A stretch of DNA of 63,032 nucleotides, the filler included, from Rhabdomonas costata (Eukaryota): NCBI GenBank assembly GCA_019059605.1. It is 38 parts of 38 records of this genome, joined end to end, with 100 filler letters (N's around TTAATTAATTAA, not from the genome) between each part and the next. Parts side by side here need not be neighbours in the genome. Positions count along the whole stretch, not along the records: positions 39,881 to 41,441 come from JAHMHO010013037.1; positions 41,542 to 43,102 come from JAHMHO010013038.1; positions 43,203 to 44,764 come from JAHMHO010013039.1; positions 44,865 to 46,425 come from JAHMHO010013040.1; positions 46,526 to 48,086 come from JAHMHO010013041.1; positions 48,187 to 49,747 come from JAHMHO010013042.1; positions 49,848 to 51,408 come from JAHMHO010013043.1; positions 51,509 to 53,069 come from JAHMHO010013044.1; 30 more parts are not named here. One strand, written 5' to 3'. The notes beneath the pieces are model-generated. The model saw only the letters and a program-made list of their open reading frames with translations, had not been told where the DNA came from and made no database searches. Each line of letters opens with the position of its first letter. Position 1 is the first letter of the stretch. This document shows positions 39,801-53,069 of the stretch, in pieces. A program made the translations under genes and the position numbers.

Positions 39801-42800
39801 NNNNNNNNNNNNNNNNNNNNNNNNTTAATTAATTAANNNNNNNNNNNNNNNNNNNNNNNNNNNNNNNNNNNNNNNNNNNNGGGGGGTTTGTATTTCCCCT
39901 TTCGTTCCTGTAACTTTTCAGGCAGTGAATGTTTCAGTGCATGCTTCCTCTTGTAGGCACTCCTGCGCCGGCATCAGCGGTGCCCGGTAGCAGTCCTAAT
40001 TTGTCAGAGCCCTCACAGAGAGCCACAAGCTCAGGCAGCGGCGGCAGCAGTAACAGCACTGGCACCAATAGCATGTCTGCAGAAGGTGCACTTTGTCCTC
40101 CCTTGCCACGGACGACAGTCCATCTGCTGTAACGTGTGCGTGTGCGGTTTTGATCAGGGATTCCGATGTGGGTATAAGGTAGCGAAAATGCTGCTAACAA
40201 ATTTGTGCAAGTTCTGCAAAGGCGTTCCTCCACAACGTGCAGTGTTTTGTCCCGTCATGAATCGTCATTGGTCTTTATTTGTCATCGTTATCTGTCTCTC
40301 TCTCGTTTGTCCTTTGATATGGTATGCTTTGTGGTCTTGCAGCAATGTTTGAGATGCAGCAGTGGAGGGTAGTGCACAGTTTGATGGCCACGCTGACAGA
40401 GCGCCGCAACGCGTGCGTATCCCCCCTTCTCATTCTTTCTTCTCGTGTTTTCTTGTTTGTGCATGTGGGTTGCCACATGCCCCTATTCGAATGGTTCCCC
40501 CGCTTTGATTCTCTTATGTTGCGCAAATTCAGTGGCCGACCAGAAGCGCGGGGCTTCTTGAGCACAATGACTAAAGTTTTCAGTTGTAATGGAGCGATTT
40601 TCGGAGAATCTCTGTTCGGTTTGCCTCCTGCAGGTTTCCTGCGGATACGCAGGCCTCGCTCCAGCTGTCAAGGCTCCAGAAACTCCTGGTTGCGAACGAG
40701 ATGATTGGTTTGTTCAACACACCGCCTGCTTTTTTTTTTCGCTCTCTGATATGTGCTGCCGATCAACGGCTGTGTTGTGTCACAATGGGGTTTTCAGAGG
40801 AGACCGAGCTTCAGCTGGAGCAAGGGGAGCTTGGCTTGCAGTACGAGAGCCGGGCATTCTTGAGCAAGCTGAGCAGAGTGAAAAGGTAGTGTTTTCATAC
40901 ATCCTGGGAATTTCTCTCCTGTCTCTCAATAATCGCATCAGAAAACTTCATGGAAAGGGCCAGGAGCGTGCGAAACTACACGTGCTTCGAGTTCAGAGTT
41001 GAGTCGATTGATTCTTGGTTGTTTCAGTTGTCTCGTGGGTTTAAACGACTCCGTTCTTGAAAGATTTGCAAAGCCATTGACATCTCAACAGGTACTGTGA
41101 GTCCAACCGCACGGACCCCGCGGCATCTCCTTTTCTGGACCGCGTGCTGAGGGCTGTTGGGCCCTCCTCCACTGAGGCCGCTGCTCCCATGTGAGGAATA
41201 GACCGCTATGTCGCTGTACGTTTATCCTTCATTCGTCATCTAGATGTGTAATTACGCGACTTTCTGTTGACACTGCACGATGCCTGACTGTTTGACGCTC
41301 ATCAGGTTCGGCTGCCTCGACAGGGTCTGATTTCTATTTGATTTTTGATTGACTGGAATCGGACCCGTGTCTTTCATTTTCTTGTTCCGCAGCCTTGGTA
41401 AGTTGTGCCTCTGATTCTGTAGAGCCTTTTCCTGTCCCACANNNNNNNNNNNNNNNNNNNNNNNNNNNNNNNNNNNNNNNNNNNNTTAATTAATTAANNN
41501 NNNNNNNNNNNNNNNNNNNNNNNNNNNNNNNNNNNNNNNNNTAAAAGCAAACAACGCACAAAGAAAGGGTTGAAAAGCCGGAAGGTGGTACGGGAAACGT
41601 GTGCAGAGCTCATTCATTCATTCATTCATAGAGAACTGAGAACAAAGAGTGACCCAGTGTGCAAGGGAGGGGAAGTGCAGCAAAAACGTTTTGGAGGACT
41701 GTAGAATACACCCGGGATCCCAGTCTCTGGGCCTCTATCTTATTCTGATGGGATGTCCATCGCATTCACAGCCTCATCGTCCTCCGCAGTGGTGTCGCTG
41801 GCAACCTCGCGCGGGGCTCGAACAGGCTGCAGAATTTCCCTTCAGAATTTTGTTTGTGGGTTAAGAGTATACCCGAATCCTGCGGGCTGCGGTTTTCCCG
41901 CTCCCTCCTGTGCAATGTGGTTCACAGAGCGTGCAGCGGCAAAACAGGAGCATTGCGCGTAAAAGTAGCGAACGCTGCGGGTGAGGTCCACGTCATTGTG
42001 TCGGCGTAATGCCAGCTGGTGTGCTCAAAAAGAGAAAATACAGAAGGAACAGCACACGTTTCTACGATTGTGGCAGCGACATTGGCACGAACATACACCA
42101 GAGATCGGAGAAAGGAGGAGGACATACCAAAGGACATACGAGGGATAGGATGGACGCAAAGAGGGCAGGAGAGGCAAAAGAGAACAATACAGATCGTCCG
42201 TCTCGTGCTGTGGCCCACAGGTTTCGCTTCATCGTGGCCCGGGAGCTGCCGCGGTGGGTGTTGGGGTAGGGCGGTGCAGGGGCCACCGCAAATGCTGGGA
42301 CCCTCACTGTGACCACCCCCGTGCTCAGCGGCCGCGGGGGGATGGTCGCGCTGTGTGCAGGGTTGGTGCGGCTGGGATGGATGCAAGGTGCAGCACGTGG
42401 CAACAACACCTCCCCCCCTTCCTCACTACCGGGTGATGTTTTCCCCATGCAGGCACACTGCAGATCAGGTATGTAGATGTGGTCTTTCTAGTGAAGTCCG
42501 AGTTATATGCCGACCATGAAGAAGCCTCATTCACGAAAGAAAACACGCAAAAGAACAAATGATGACGCCCTTGAAGCTCTGGGCAAGGGTCCGGTCCGAT
42601 CCGGTCTATTGGGGGGGGGATCAGCACTCCTATTTCCGTACCTCGTGGCGATACACGTCAAACCGAAGCATGTACACTAGTGTCTGGGTGGGCCGAGCCC
42701 CCGAGGTTTAGTGTCGTCCCTGGCCGTAACGACGTTGCACCGTTGAAGCCCCCCACTCCCCAAATAAACCAATAATAAAATAGACCAAACCGTCTGGCTA

Positions 42801-43425
42801 AGCTCTGAGAAAGGAGACGAATGGTGCAGCATATTGAGTGCGCAGCAATGAAGAGTGGTCGATGATGAAAAAAGCTGACAAAGGGCACACACGGACTAGG
42901 TGTGAATGGGGCCCCAAACTCAGTATTTGGTATTGGCAAAGGACAAAACTTGGCCCCTGTGGCCTCACCGCCTTGCTACCGTTTTATTTTCTTGGTGAAC
43001 TCTTGCAGGGTACTTCAAGCTCCGGCTGGTCCGGCTCTCGCTGCGGGTGCAGACCACGGAGCTTGAAGTACCCTGCAAGAGTTCACCAAGAAAACAAAAA
43101 ACNNNNNNNNNNNNNNNNNNNNNNNNNNNNNNNNNNNNNNNNNNNNTTAATTAATTAANNNNNNNNNNNNNNNNNNNNNNNNNNNNNNNNNNNNNNNNNN
43201 NNGTGTGTGGGGGGGGGAGGGGTCGAAGCGGCGATGCAGAACGACAAACGAATACAGGATCGCCACACTCCAGCTTACAAGCATTGCAAGCTGAGCACCG
43301 GGAATCCCTAAGCTTGGAATTAGTGGCATGAAGCAACTGTGGATGCACAGCGTCACGCACTCTGGGAAAAGTGCGCAAGTGGTACGTTGCACCATCACGA
43401 TGGCAGGTCGGATGCAGCCGGCAAC

Positions 43426-44171
43426 CTGGTCTCTTGGTGCCACAACAAGGCGTAGTTAACGATGGACAGATATCGGCTGCGCCGGATGTCGAAAAACAGC
43501 TTCAGGGAGTCCAGGATGTAGCTGTAGTTCTGCACCACCTGTGGCCCGGGGATCTCAAGTATGCCCCTGCCCTTCAGGCGGAGGGACTGGTACCTCATCA
43601 GGTCTTCGGAGGGCAGAATCAGCTGCAGGAAGGCGCTTTCGGTGTTACGGATGGTGAGGCGGCGCAGTTCCAAGGTTGCCGCCTGCCGTCCAGCCCGCGC
43701 ACCCCCCCCCCCACAATTCCAAAACCACAAGTGGCCCGACAGGTCCGCCAAACGTGGTCTACGGTCCAGAAGGGGTCACATGCACTGAAACCCACTGACG
43801 CAGAGGGAAAAAAGAAGAACCGCGACACCAACGGATGTTGAGGGGTTTGGTTACCTAACCGGGATCCGGTAAACTGCGCTTCAATGGTTGTTCCCCCGAT
43901 AAGAACGGCGGGGTATGATGCAAGATTTTTCGAATCCCTCGCGTGGTAAACAAGACAAGCAGACCTCCACTGTCCGCTGGCCCACCTCGTGGATGTTGCT
44001 GATCCCGTTGCTGCTGGCCTGCCACGACACCGCCCACAGCGCCACCGCTGGCCCCACCGTCAGCACGCACATCGACATCACAAGCGCCAGCTTCAGGGAA
44101 ACCCTCCACGGGGCCCTCCGCCGCCGCGCCTCACCCGCTGCCGCGGGCCGGTAAAAGGCCGCAGTGGCCAT
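43426..44171 (-). CDS. N-terminus of a membrane receptor-like protein (TM helix plus extracellular region); exons 43965-44171 and 43426-43682
   Basis: Basic stretch, then hydrophobic SLKLALVMSMCVLTVGPAVALWAVSW, then an amphipathic helix. This layout resembles receptor-type nucleotide cyclases, but no catalytic domain is in the window. Confidence 0.5.
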
Positions 44172-44864
44172 TCTGCCTGCGCTTCTTCGGGCAGTGCACT
44201 CCACGCGACGTGGGGTAACCTCCACTTGGGAAAAGGACTCAGACCCGGACGTCAGCAAGGACCTGCCTTGTAATGGAGAAGGCATGTGAAAAGAACCCGC
44301 CATGAAAAATCGAAAAAAGAAACACTGGACGGAAAATAGCAACGGAGAGCTGGAGAGATGCCACGGCGGCCAAGAGAGGAGGAGGCAGATGCCGAATCGA
44401 AGGACTGGACGCTAACGTCAAATAAAGCCTTGAACTGCGGGGAAGAAAGGAAGGAAAGAGAATTTTAGAAAAGGAACCCCCCCCACCAAGTGCATTTACG
44501 GGCCCCCCATTCCGCTAGAACCCGCACATGCAACGAATGAAAGCACCTAGGATCTTGGGAGACATTCTGGAAAGAGTCCCAGGGGACACGTGCATCGCCT
44601 CTAAGCCGCGGCAAAAGCTTTTGTGGCAATCCCTGGGGCCCTGTATCACTACCTATATTCCTATGTTACAATCCCAGGGGACCCGTGCATCACCTACTAT
44701 CCACATGCTCTCTCCGGAAGGAGCCCATAAAAGCACTAGCACAGCCCAAACAGGGTGGACACACNNNNNNNNNNNNNNNNNNNNNNNNNNNNNNNNNNNN
44801 NNNNNNNNTTAATTAATTAANNNNNNNNNNNNNNNNNNNNNNNNNNNNNNNNNNNNNNNNNNNN

Positions 44865-45607
44865 GTGGGGTTGTAGCTCTTGCACATGATAATCCCTGCG
44901 ATCTTGGCAAGGGCGTAGGCATCATTGGTGGGCTCCTGGCAACAGAAGAGTGGAGGGATGGTGTCAAGAAAGCAAGACAGGGGTACGAAGACGCAACAGC
45001 AAACCGGACAATTCAAAATACTGGCCCATGCGGACTGTCATAAAAGCGCGGGGAGGGTGAGGGGGGTGAAAAGGAAGTGCGAGCGATTCAAAATTCAAGC
45101 TCATGGCGCATCAAATATGAGAGAGCCCAGGTGGCACGATTCCCGGCTCAATGGGGCTTTTCCATGCAAAGCCACGAATTTCAACGGGTTTCATGGCGGG
45201 ACAAAAGGGTGTAAAAATGGGCGGAAAGAGAAATGCGATGACAGGCGACCGGAAAAACGATTGCTGCCGAAGACCCTGTGCCTAAATTGTGCTGTGAGCT
45301 GCCATCAACCGTGTTGTTCAATGAAATGCGGTGAGGGAAGAAGGAGCCACGCCCCCCCCATTCCCACACGCCGCACCCCGAAATAAAACGCCCAGCAAGA
45401 AAAACCCAAGCATACCAACTTCCCAGAGAGAATGTACTCCTCCTTCATGGGCTGAGGCGCCAGCTTGGGGTAGATGCACGAACTGCCCAGGAACAGCAGC
45501 TTCTTCACTTTGTGCCGGAAGCAGCAGTCGATGATATTGATCTGGATCTGCAGGTTGACCCGGATGAAGTCCGCGGGATAGGTGTCGTTGGCGACGATCC
45601 CTCCAAC
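44865..45607 (-). CDS. GFUS: GDP-L-fucose synthase; exons 45416-45607 and ~44868-44935
   Basis: [15 protein letters not shown]...[52 protein letters not shown] intron. Confidence 0.95.
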
Positions 45608-47250
45608 CTGGTCACACAAGCAGCATTAAGCCACTCACACACACGCAAACAAACCTTCCACCTTTAAAGACAAAAGACTCGCCACGCTCCGCACAAATGG
45701 GCGACGCTGTTCACTGCGCCATAGCACCAGGTGTTCCGGAGTTTACGTTCGTCTGCAAATTCATCTTGGACGTTAGTGGCAGCGGGCCGATTCAAAAGAT
45801 TAGCGGAATGAATGTATGCAAGGAAGTTCAGCTTAAACCACAAACGAATGATCGGGTTGTGTTTGTAAGTGGGAGAGGGTCAAGAGATGGTGACTATTTA
45901 CAAGAACGCCTGCGTTGGGGTCCTTCCACGTTGACCAAATCAGACCAATCCCAGCCGGTGCTGTGCTCAAAAAGGCGTGTTGCAACGCTTCAGTGACCTT
46001 TTCAGTCAACGTTTTGAAATCCTATAAGACAATTTCAAACATTTCGAATGAAACCAAAGATTCGGGAATAAGAGAGAGAGAGAGATCGCACAACACAATT
46101 TGGAAAGAAACAGATAGAGAGACCCAAGTACGAAAAAATGATTACACTCAGTAAACAATGGTTCGTTTCCCTTGGCACGCAGTTGAATGGACGCACAGTT
46201 GAATAAAAATTCGAAACCTAGCCTAGTGAGCAACAAATCATCAATAATCCGAAATTTTTGATTTATAACCCCAACCCTATGCGGCAGTTGGCAGTGCGGT
46301 CCTGAAGTAATGCGCCGAAATTGCATTTATGCTCCTCCAGTGAGGCAAAGAGATCAGGCACTGGAGGGAGAAGGGTGCAAGTAAGTTTCGATGTGCCTTG
46401 GCTGCGGCCAGGACGACGAACCCACNNNNNNNNNNNNNNNNNNNNNNNNNNNNNNNNNNNNNNNNNNNNTTAATTAATTAANNNNNNNNNNNNNNNNNNN
46501 NNNNNNNNNNNNNNNNNNNNNNNNNGACCGGCCAAAGGCAAAGGCAGCAAGGGGGCACCAAGTCACTGGAAGCAGCCTCTAGCTTCTCCTCATCACCACA
46601 CAAAGTTTCCAAGTCAAATAAAGAAAACATGGCTGCAGGATGAAGAAAACAAGAGCCCCTAACACGAGGTAAGTTGCCCGGGGGGGGGGCTCCGCATGGC
46701 GTCCTAACCCCACATGATAAAAATAATTGAATTCCTTGGCCGGTCAAGTAGACCGCTGCCTTTTATTTAACTCTTTTTTTTGGGGGGGGGAACAGTGTGT
46801 CTTATCATTGGAAACCCGTGCGTTGTGAAAAAGACGGGGAAAGCTATTCTCTATCCAAAATAGCGTCCCAATTCTTCGCTCGGTGTTCCTACCCACGAGT
46901 CAGTGCAGGCTGGCACCACACAAAGCGCCACCATTGCCATGCCAATGGTCCCAGCACTCCCTCCCTTCCACGGTCGAGAACGACGGAAAAACGTGACTCG
47001 CCCATGGAGAACTCCAGGCTCGCTGTATCCCTTGCAGTGTGTCACCCACTCGGTGCGAACTAGCGCAGACTCAGACCCCAGGTAACCGGATGATCCTCCT
47101 CGAATGTTTGTGGATCTGACTCTCCGGAGAATTCGGCCGGCCGCTTGTTTATTCAAAGCGGAGAACTCAAGAATCATGCGGTTCACTTCTTCTTCGTATA
47201 TTCTATCTTCCGTTGACCACTCCACCCACCCTTTTGCTGGGGATGCGCAG

Positions 47251-47474
47251 AAGCTTCTGCCCAGCGGGGCGGCTCTGGAGTGGAACCGCCGTGGGGAGGA
47301 GTGCTTCGCCAGCGGGGACTGCACGGGCGCCGTGGAGGCCTACTCCAGGGCCCTCCGCGAGGATCCCTCACAACCCCTGGTGCTGCACAACCGCGGCAGC
47401 GCCTGGTTGCGGGCAGGCAACTCTCGGGCCGCCCTGGCAGACATGGACAAGGCCACGGAGCTCTGCCCTTCGTG
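47251..47474 (+). CDS. TPR-repeat protein exon
   Basis: RGEECFASGDCTGAVEAYSRALREDP...LHNRGSAWLRAGNSRAALADMDKATELCPSW forms two TPR motifs. Confidence 0.85.
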
Positions 47475-50400
47475 GTGCGCACCCACACAGATATCGGGCC
47501 TTTGGGGAAACGGTGACAAAGGAACATTTCCTGTCTGCAGAAACGTCCCAGCACCCAAAGCAGAGAGTGGCGAAACGTCCCACATCGCTGTTGCCTACAG
47601 ATGCATTAGGCGTGACCTCATTTCCGGTTCGCAATCGTGGGGAGGGTGGTGGCCACAAAAATAGAAATGCTGAAATTTGTGTGAAGTAGATTGTGTTTGT
47701 GTGTTCGGTGCAGTTGGGGTCGGAAACAGCCGATAGGGACGAAGACTTTGACTCAACTCATCATACGCCTTTCCTTGCCTGGAACATGGTGGGGTCGGTT
47801 CCTTCATTTCCGCTGGATTCAGTCCAGGCGTTTTCATACCACCATTTCTGTTAGCACGCACTTTTCTTACCCAGCAGACTTTTATACCAATCAGCACTGG
47901 AAGGCGTCAACCTTCTGGGGGTTCGGTCTTCCTTGAAGGATGTTTTTGAATTTATTCGGGATCGAGCTAAGGTGTGGGCTGTTCTCAGCCTGGGTATTAA
48001 AAACATTTCTCGAGCCATCATTGCAGCGAAAGAGGCGCTGCAGCAGGCGTTCGTGTTTCTCTTGAACAGTGCAAAGAAACACACCCNNNNNNNNNNNNNN
48101 NNNNNNNNNNNNNNNNNNNNNNNNNNNNNNTTAATTAATTAANNNNNNNNNNNNNNNNNNNNNNNNNNNNNNNNNNNNNNNNNNNNGGTTGTGGGAGCCT
48201 CGGGAAGCGTGGGTGTGGGAGTCCCAAGGGTGAATGCTTCGAAGCGCTCCTTCAGGTGTTGCTGCTGCTCCTGCAAGCGTTGGACAGAGGCCATAAGCGG
48301 CCCGAAAAGCTGCTGCGCCCAAGCAGGTGGGGGTTCACACATTGCAAGGAGGTAAAATAGAAGGGGTGATGCGAAAGGTATAAAGTGACCTGAGAGATGG
48401 CGGTGAAACTTCAGTTCCACAGCAATATTTAAAAAACAACGTCCAGGTCCACGTCTTCAAATTTCAGTCTGGTGTGATATGTTCGTGATCACAGATTTAC
48501 GCAACCAAAATGGGTTATGGCATCCGACACAAACTTCCCGGTATCAGCGCAAAAACCAAACTGTAAACATCACCTCACGAAGCGTAATCCAACAATTCTT
48601 AAAGCAACTGGTCCACATAGCGTTTTTAGTCGATAAATCCAGAATCAACGAAGCAACTGGATTTTACGGTGTTGCATTTATAGTCTTCACGCTACGCTCC
48701 TTGTTATGGAGCCTGCATATCACAGGTTGCCTATTTCCGGACAACTCGGTTGATAGATTTTGGGTGGTGACTACAAATAACCGCTGTTCACTCCAAAAAA
48801 AAAGTCACTTACATAGAAAATCCGCAATGGAAGCGTTCAAATAGTGTGGTTTTGCAAACAGAGCTAGCCAAAACATCACTGGTGTGAACGAATGGCTTAG
48901 GACATCTCCAAGACACAAATCGTCTTTGGGCTCATCATAAACAGGAGTAGAACCACTTACTTCGACCCAAAAACTCATGCCATTCGCCGAAAGACCCTCG
49001 ATGGTCTCTGGACCGGTGACTTATGATCGAACCCTGTCAACGGTCAGGCACTCATCGCAAATTTTTTGGGCGTTTTTTCTATTGGGAAGAGCGCGCCAGT
49101 TAAGAATTAACAATCACCGGGCGCGTTGTTGTGAACTTTGTTGCCCTCTCGACGGAAACTGTGCCGGGATTCTTCTGTGGTGTTAATCCCTGCGGCCTAA
49201 AATCGTCCATATTTTGGACTTGCTTGGACCGAAGGCCGGGGAAGTCGGAAAAAGCGCGTTAGCAAGCGACAGGACATGCTGACTGGTTATAAGATCGTAA
49301 CGCAAACAGCTCAATTACAAGCAGGAACAATCAACTCATATGCACACAAACTACTTCCTTTGAACAAGCAATACTTGATTTCGCACTGCTTTCACCGATA
49401 AAAAACCTTGACACACCGTTTTTATTGAAGCAATCGAAGGTGGGCTGAATGGTTCCGTGAGACTGAACAGAGAGCAACAGCAGCCAGTGGTGACAAATAG
49501 GTATACGAGACAACACATTCGCTGAGCTGCGCAACAATACAAAAGCGGTGCAGCCGTTTGCATCCGCAATTCCTCAAAAAAGTTTACCCCGGAGCCTGGG
49601 CCGCTTCCAGAGGAGCAAAAACCTCCGCGGTTGACGCTAGCATCACCTCAGCGCCAGTGCTTCCGTTTCACCAGACGGGAACCCTTCTCCTGCATCCAAA
49701 GGCGGCCCTCATCACTGCGACAGGGAAAGGCTCTTCAACCACAACCCNNNNNNNNNNNNNNNNNNNNNNNNNNNNNNNNNNNNNNNNNNNNTTAATTAAT
49801 TAANNNNNNNNNNNNNNNNNNNNNNNNNNNNNNNNNNNNNNNNNNNNGCTTCACTTGCCGCACCTGAGGAATCACTGTCTTCTGAATTTCTTTTCCTCTT
49901 GGATTTCGCACCCTGGGGACAAAAGGACCAACGACCAAAGAAAGCAATGAGAAATGCCAGGAAATGAACGGCTGTGTTTTCAAGTTTATCCGAGAAGTTT
50001 TCCTCCGCGCTTCATTATAACAAAGTGCCTGCCACAAAATCAAATACTGACATTCGTCTGTCTGGTCGTCTGTCTGTGGGATCCAGAACTGCCCTGGGGA
50101 GAAGAGTTTTATGGGGTCGGATCACGGATGACACAAACGCAGGGGGTTACGTTGGCGGTACACGTTCCCCCTGGGAGGCCTTGCAGAGATTTTAACAGAA
50201 TGTCTTGGGCCGCTGAGGGCAGCGGAGCGGCCCGAAATCCTAGGTGCCAACTGATGATGCCAAACTTCATTTTGTTAGTACTCATAAAGGGGGGGGGGAC
50301 TAAACCAATCCAAGAAAAATTTGACAACAAATTAAGAGACTCCCAAAGGGCCAACAAAATAGAGTGAGTTACGGCATGTGAAGGAACTGATACACAGCCA

Positions 50401-50800
50401 AAACGCGCCAACTTCCGTGCCCCAAATGGAATATGCAGTGCATACTTCTTCACTTCGGCGAGTACGTCCTGCCTCACCCGAACTGAAAGATGACCAATGC
50501 AAGGGAGCGATTGTGATTGTGGTGACCGTTCTTTTCAACAACAGCAAACAACCAGCCAAAAAATGACGCCGCATCACAGCATTCCTTTTGACTGCAACAA
50601 GGAAGTGCGAGGGACAAACCTCATTTTCCGAAGAAGATCATCAAAGTTTGATTTGTGAACGGTCCAATTGACGTATTTTCTGCAAAGAGGAGACTGATCT
50701 TCCTCGGAACTCAAACCTGTCCATAAAAATAAAGTGTCAATAAGTAACGTAATAATAACGGCAAAGCAAAAGTGGGGAAAGCGGTGGTAAAATTATCAAC

Positions 50801-50963
50801 CTTGATTCGGCTCCCGCTTCTGAACCCGAATGAAGTCGGGGTTGCCCTGCTCCTGGCGTCCGAGGCCTTTCCCTTCGCTCCAACCCATTTTCAGCAGCAT
50901 CTGGTAACCGAATCTGGACGAATCCGACGTCCAGTGTTTGTTGTTCGGATCCACGGAAAGCGG
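50801..50963 (-). CDS. PINX1: G-patch protein exon, PINX1/Gno1-like
   Basis: DPNNKHWTSDSSRFGYQMLLKMGWSEGKGLGRQEQGNPDFIRV; the DP.N..W motif before the G-patch is typical of PINX1. Confidence 0.8.
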
Positions 50964-52363
50964 CTGAAAAAGGGAAAGTTTCCGTTTGCAAGAAAAGAAG
51001 AAGAAGAAGAAGAAGAAAAGGCGTATGGGCTGGGAATTTTCGTTTTGCAGTATATGTACTTGCATTAAAGAAATTCTGGAAAAATATCGTTCATTGAATT
51101 GGTGGTCGAAGTTGTGGGACCGAACTGTTATGTGGGGCCTGCTCGGAGAGCGTATGGTGGGGCCACTCCAGGTCGTGGAGGTAGGCGTACAGGGCAGGCC
51201 CCACACAAAGGAACATCAACCCCGCAATCAAACTATGACCCCACATAACTACGCGCAACACCAAGGATACCCCACCGAGACACAGCAACCCGAAACCCGA
51301 CATGCGCACCACCGACTACAACGCAACCCACCGCTTCGAATCCACAGCACCCAACAAGCTCACCGACAACACACACTCCGAAGTCACCAGGAACCCTCCA
51401 CACACGACNNNNNNNNNNNNNNNNNNNNNNNNNNNNNNNNNNNNNNNNNNNNTTAATTAATTAANNNNNNNNNNNNNNNNNNNNNNNNNNNNNNNNNNNN
51501 NNNNNNNNGGGGTTGTTTGTTGTTGATTGCCATCACTACCCCGTTGCACTCCAGTGTCTGAGGACAGTACTGCATATCACGGATCGTCTTCCTTTTCCCA
51601 CACTTTGACACTTTTGACACTTTGACTGATTATCGGCTATTTTTGGTGCTTCAGTACCAAGGCATGTATCCTGAACAGAAAAGATTTCCTGCTGTGATTA
51701 TCTGGTTTCAGGTGGATTCGCCGCATCTGCAGCACTTCTGCACACGTAATTAACATAATTAACACATCCGGTATTGTGTGAATTTGAACCTTTGTCAAAC
51801 GAGAGGGAAAGCTCAATAGTAGGCAATAGTTCTGGTTTGATGTCGGTGTAAGATGCTCTCAGTGTAAGATGGTGGTCCTTGATTTTTGTCCAAGCCTGAC
51901 TCAGTCTGGCTAACACCACAACGCCCTGCCGGTATCGCTCGGGTTGAGTTCTGTGAATTGGTCTGACATTGTCCTTCAGTTTTTTTCAACAAGTCATGAT
52001 TTTTGGCTGATTTCGTGGCTCAACTGCTGCATATCGAAAGACGCTACCTTTTGTGGAAGAGACGCGGAAATATTTACTCTTCAGATATAGCTGCACAGAT
52101 GCAGCGCTGCGATGTTAGACACTTACTTTGTGGCATTATTTGGATGCTTACCTGGGCCCGTGGATGGACGTTCATGTGTAGCGAATTGACTACGCTCCCT
52201 CTGTTGCTTTTCTCGGGTCTTTTGAGCACTTTTTTCTTGATGATTGTTTTTGCTGCATGCTTTTGGATAACACTTTTGCCGAACGTCTCAGAGAAGCTTA
52301 GCCGCCGAAACGGAAGCCGCGGTTCGGAGGGCTGAGGAGAGAGCACTGAGAAATGAGGCAAGT

Positions 52364-53069
52364 TTGGCCTCTTTATCGGTAAGGTTGGAAGCTGCCATTC
52401 TGGAGTCGGAATTACAGGCAAAGCGACTCAAGGAGGCCCAAGTGAAGGCAGAAGAGCAAGCCCAACTCCATGCTCAGGATCGGCTTTCCTTGGAGTCTCA
52501 ACTCCACGCTGCCAGGGTCGAGCTGCAGCATGCTCAGATTGACAGGTGCATCATGCAAGAGCTCATGTCTCGCGTTTGCGCCAGAGCATCCAGTGAGAGG
52601 GATGTGCGCCGCAACCTTGAGCGATCGCTCCGAACTGAGCCAGAGCTTGAAAACGTCCTTTTCGAAAGAAAGGACAACGATGCATGTCGATCACGGGACC
52701 TTGCAGGCATTGCTGCTCTGAGGAAGGCATTGGAAACGGCACACTCCCACAACGCAGCTATCTCCGCGGAACTGCAAAACCTGCAGGCAGCTTCAAGTCA
52801 ACTGAAGCCTCTAAGGGAGGAGTTGGACAGTGTCAAGGAGGAATGCGCGGCAGCCAGCGCAGCCCAGGAGGCCGCTGTGACCGAGCTGAAGCAGTCTCAA
52901 GCCAAGGCAGTGGCTCAAGAAGCACAGCTGAAAGAGCAGGCTACTGTGACGGAGGGTCTTGCCCAGCAAATTTCATCCCTACAGCTGGCCGTGGCCTCCG
53001 TGGAGAGCGAGAAAGGCCTACTGGCTGAGCAAATAGCTGCGCTTAAGTCTGCAGCCCAGCCCACCACCC
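52364..53069 (+). CDS. Long coiled-coil protein exon (partial)
   Basis: More than 230 open codons rich in A/E/Q/L heptads, running off the contig end. Confidence 0.75.
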
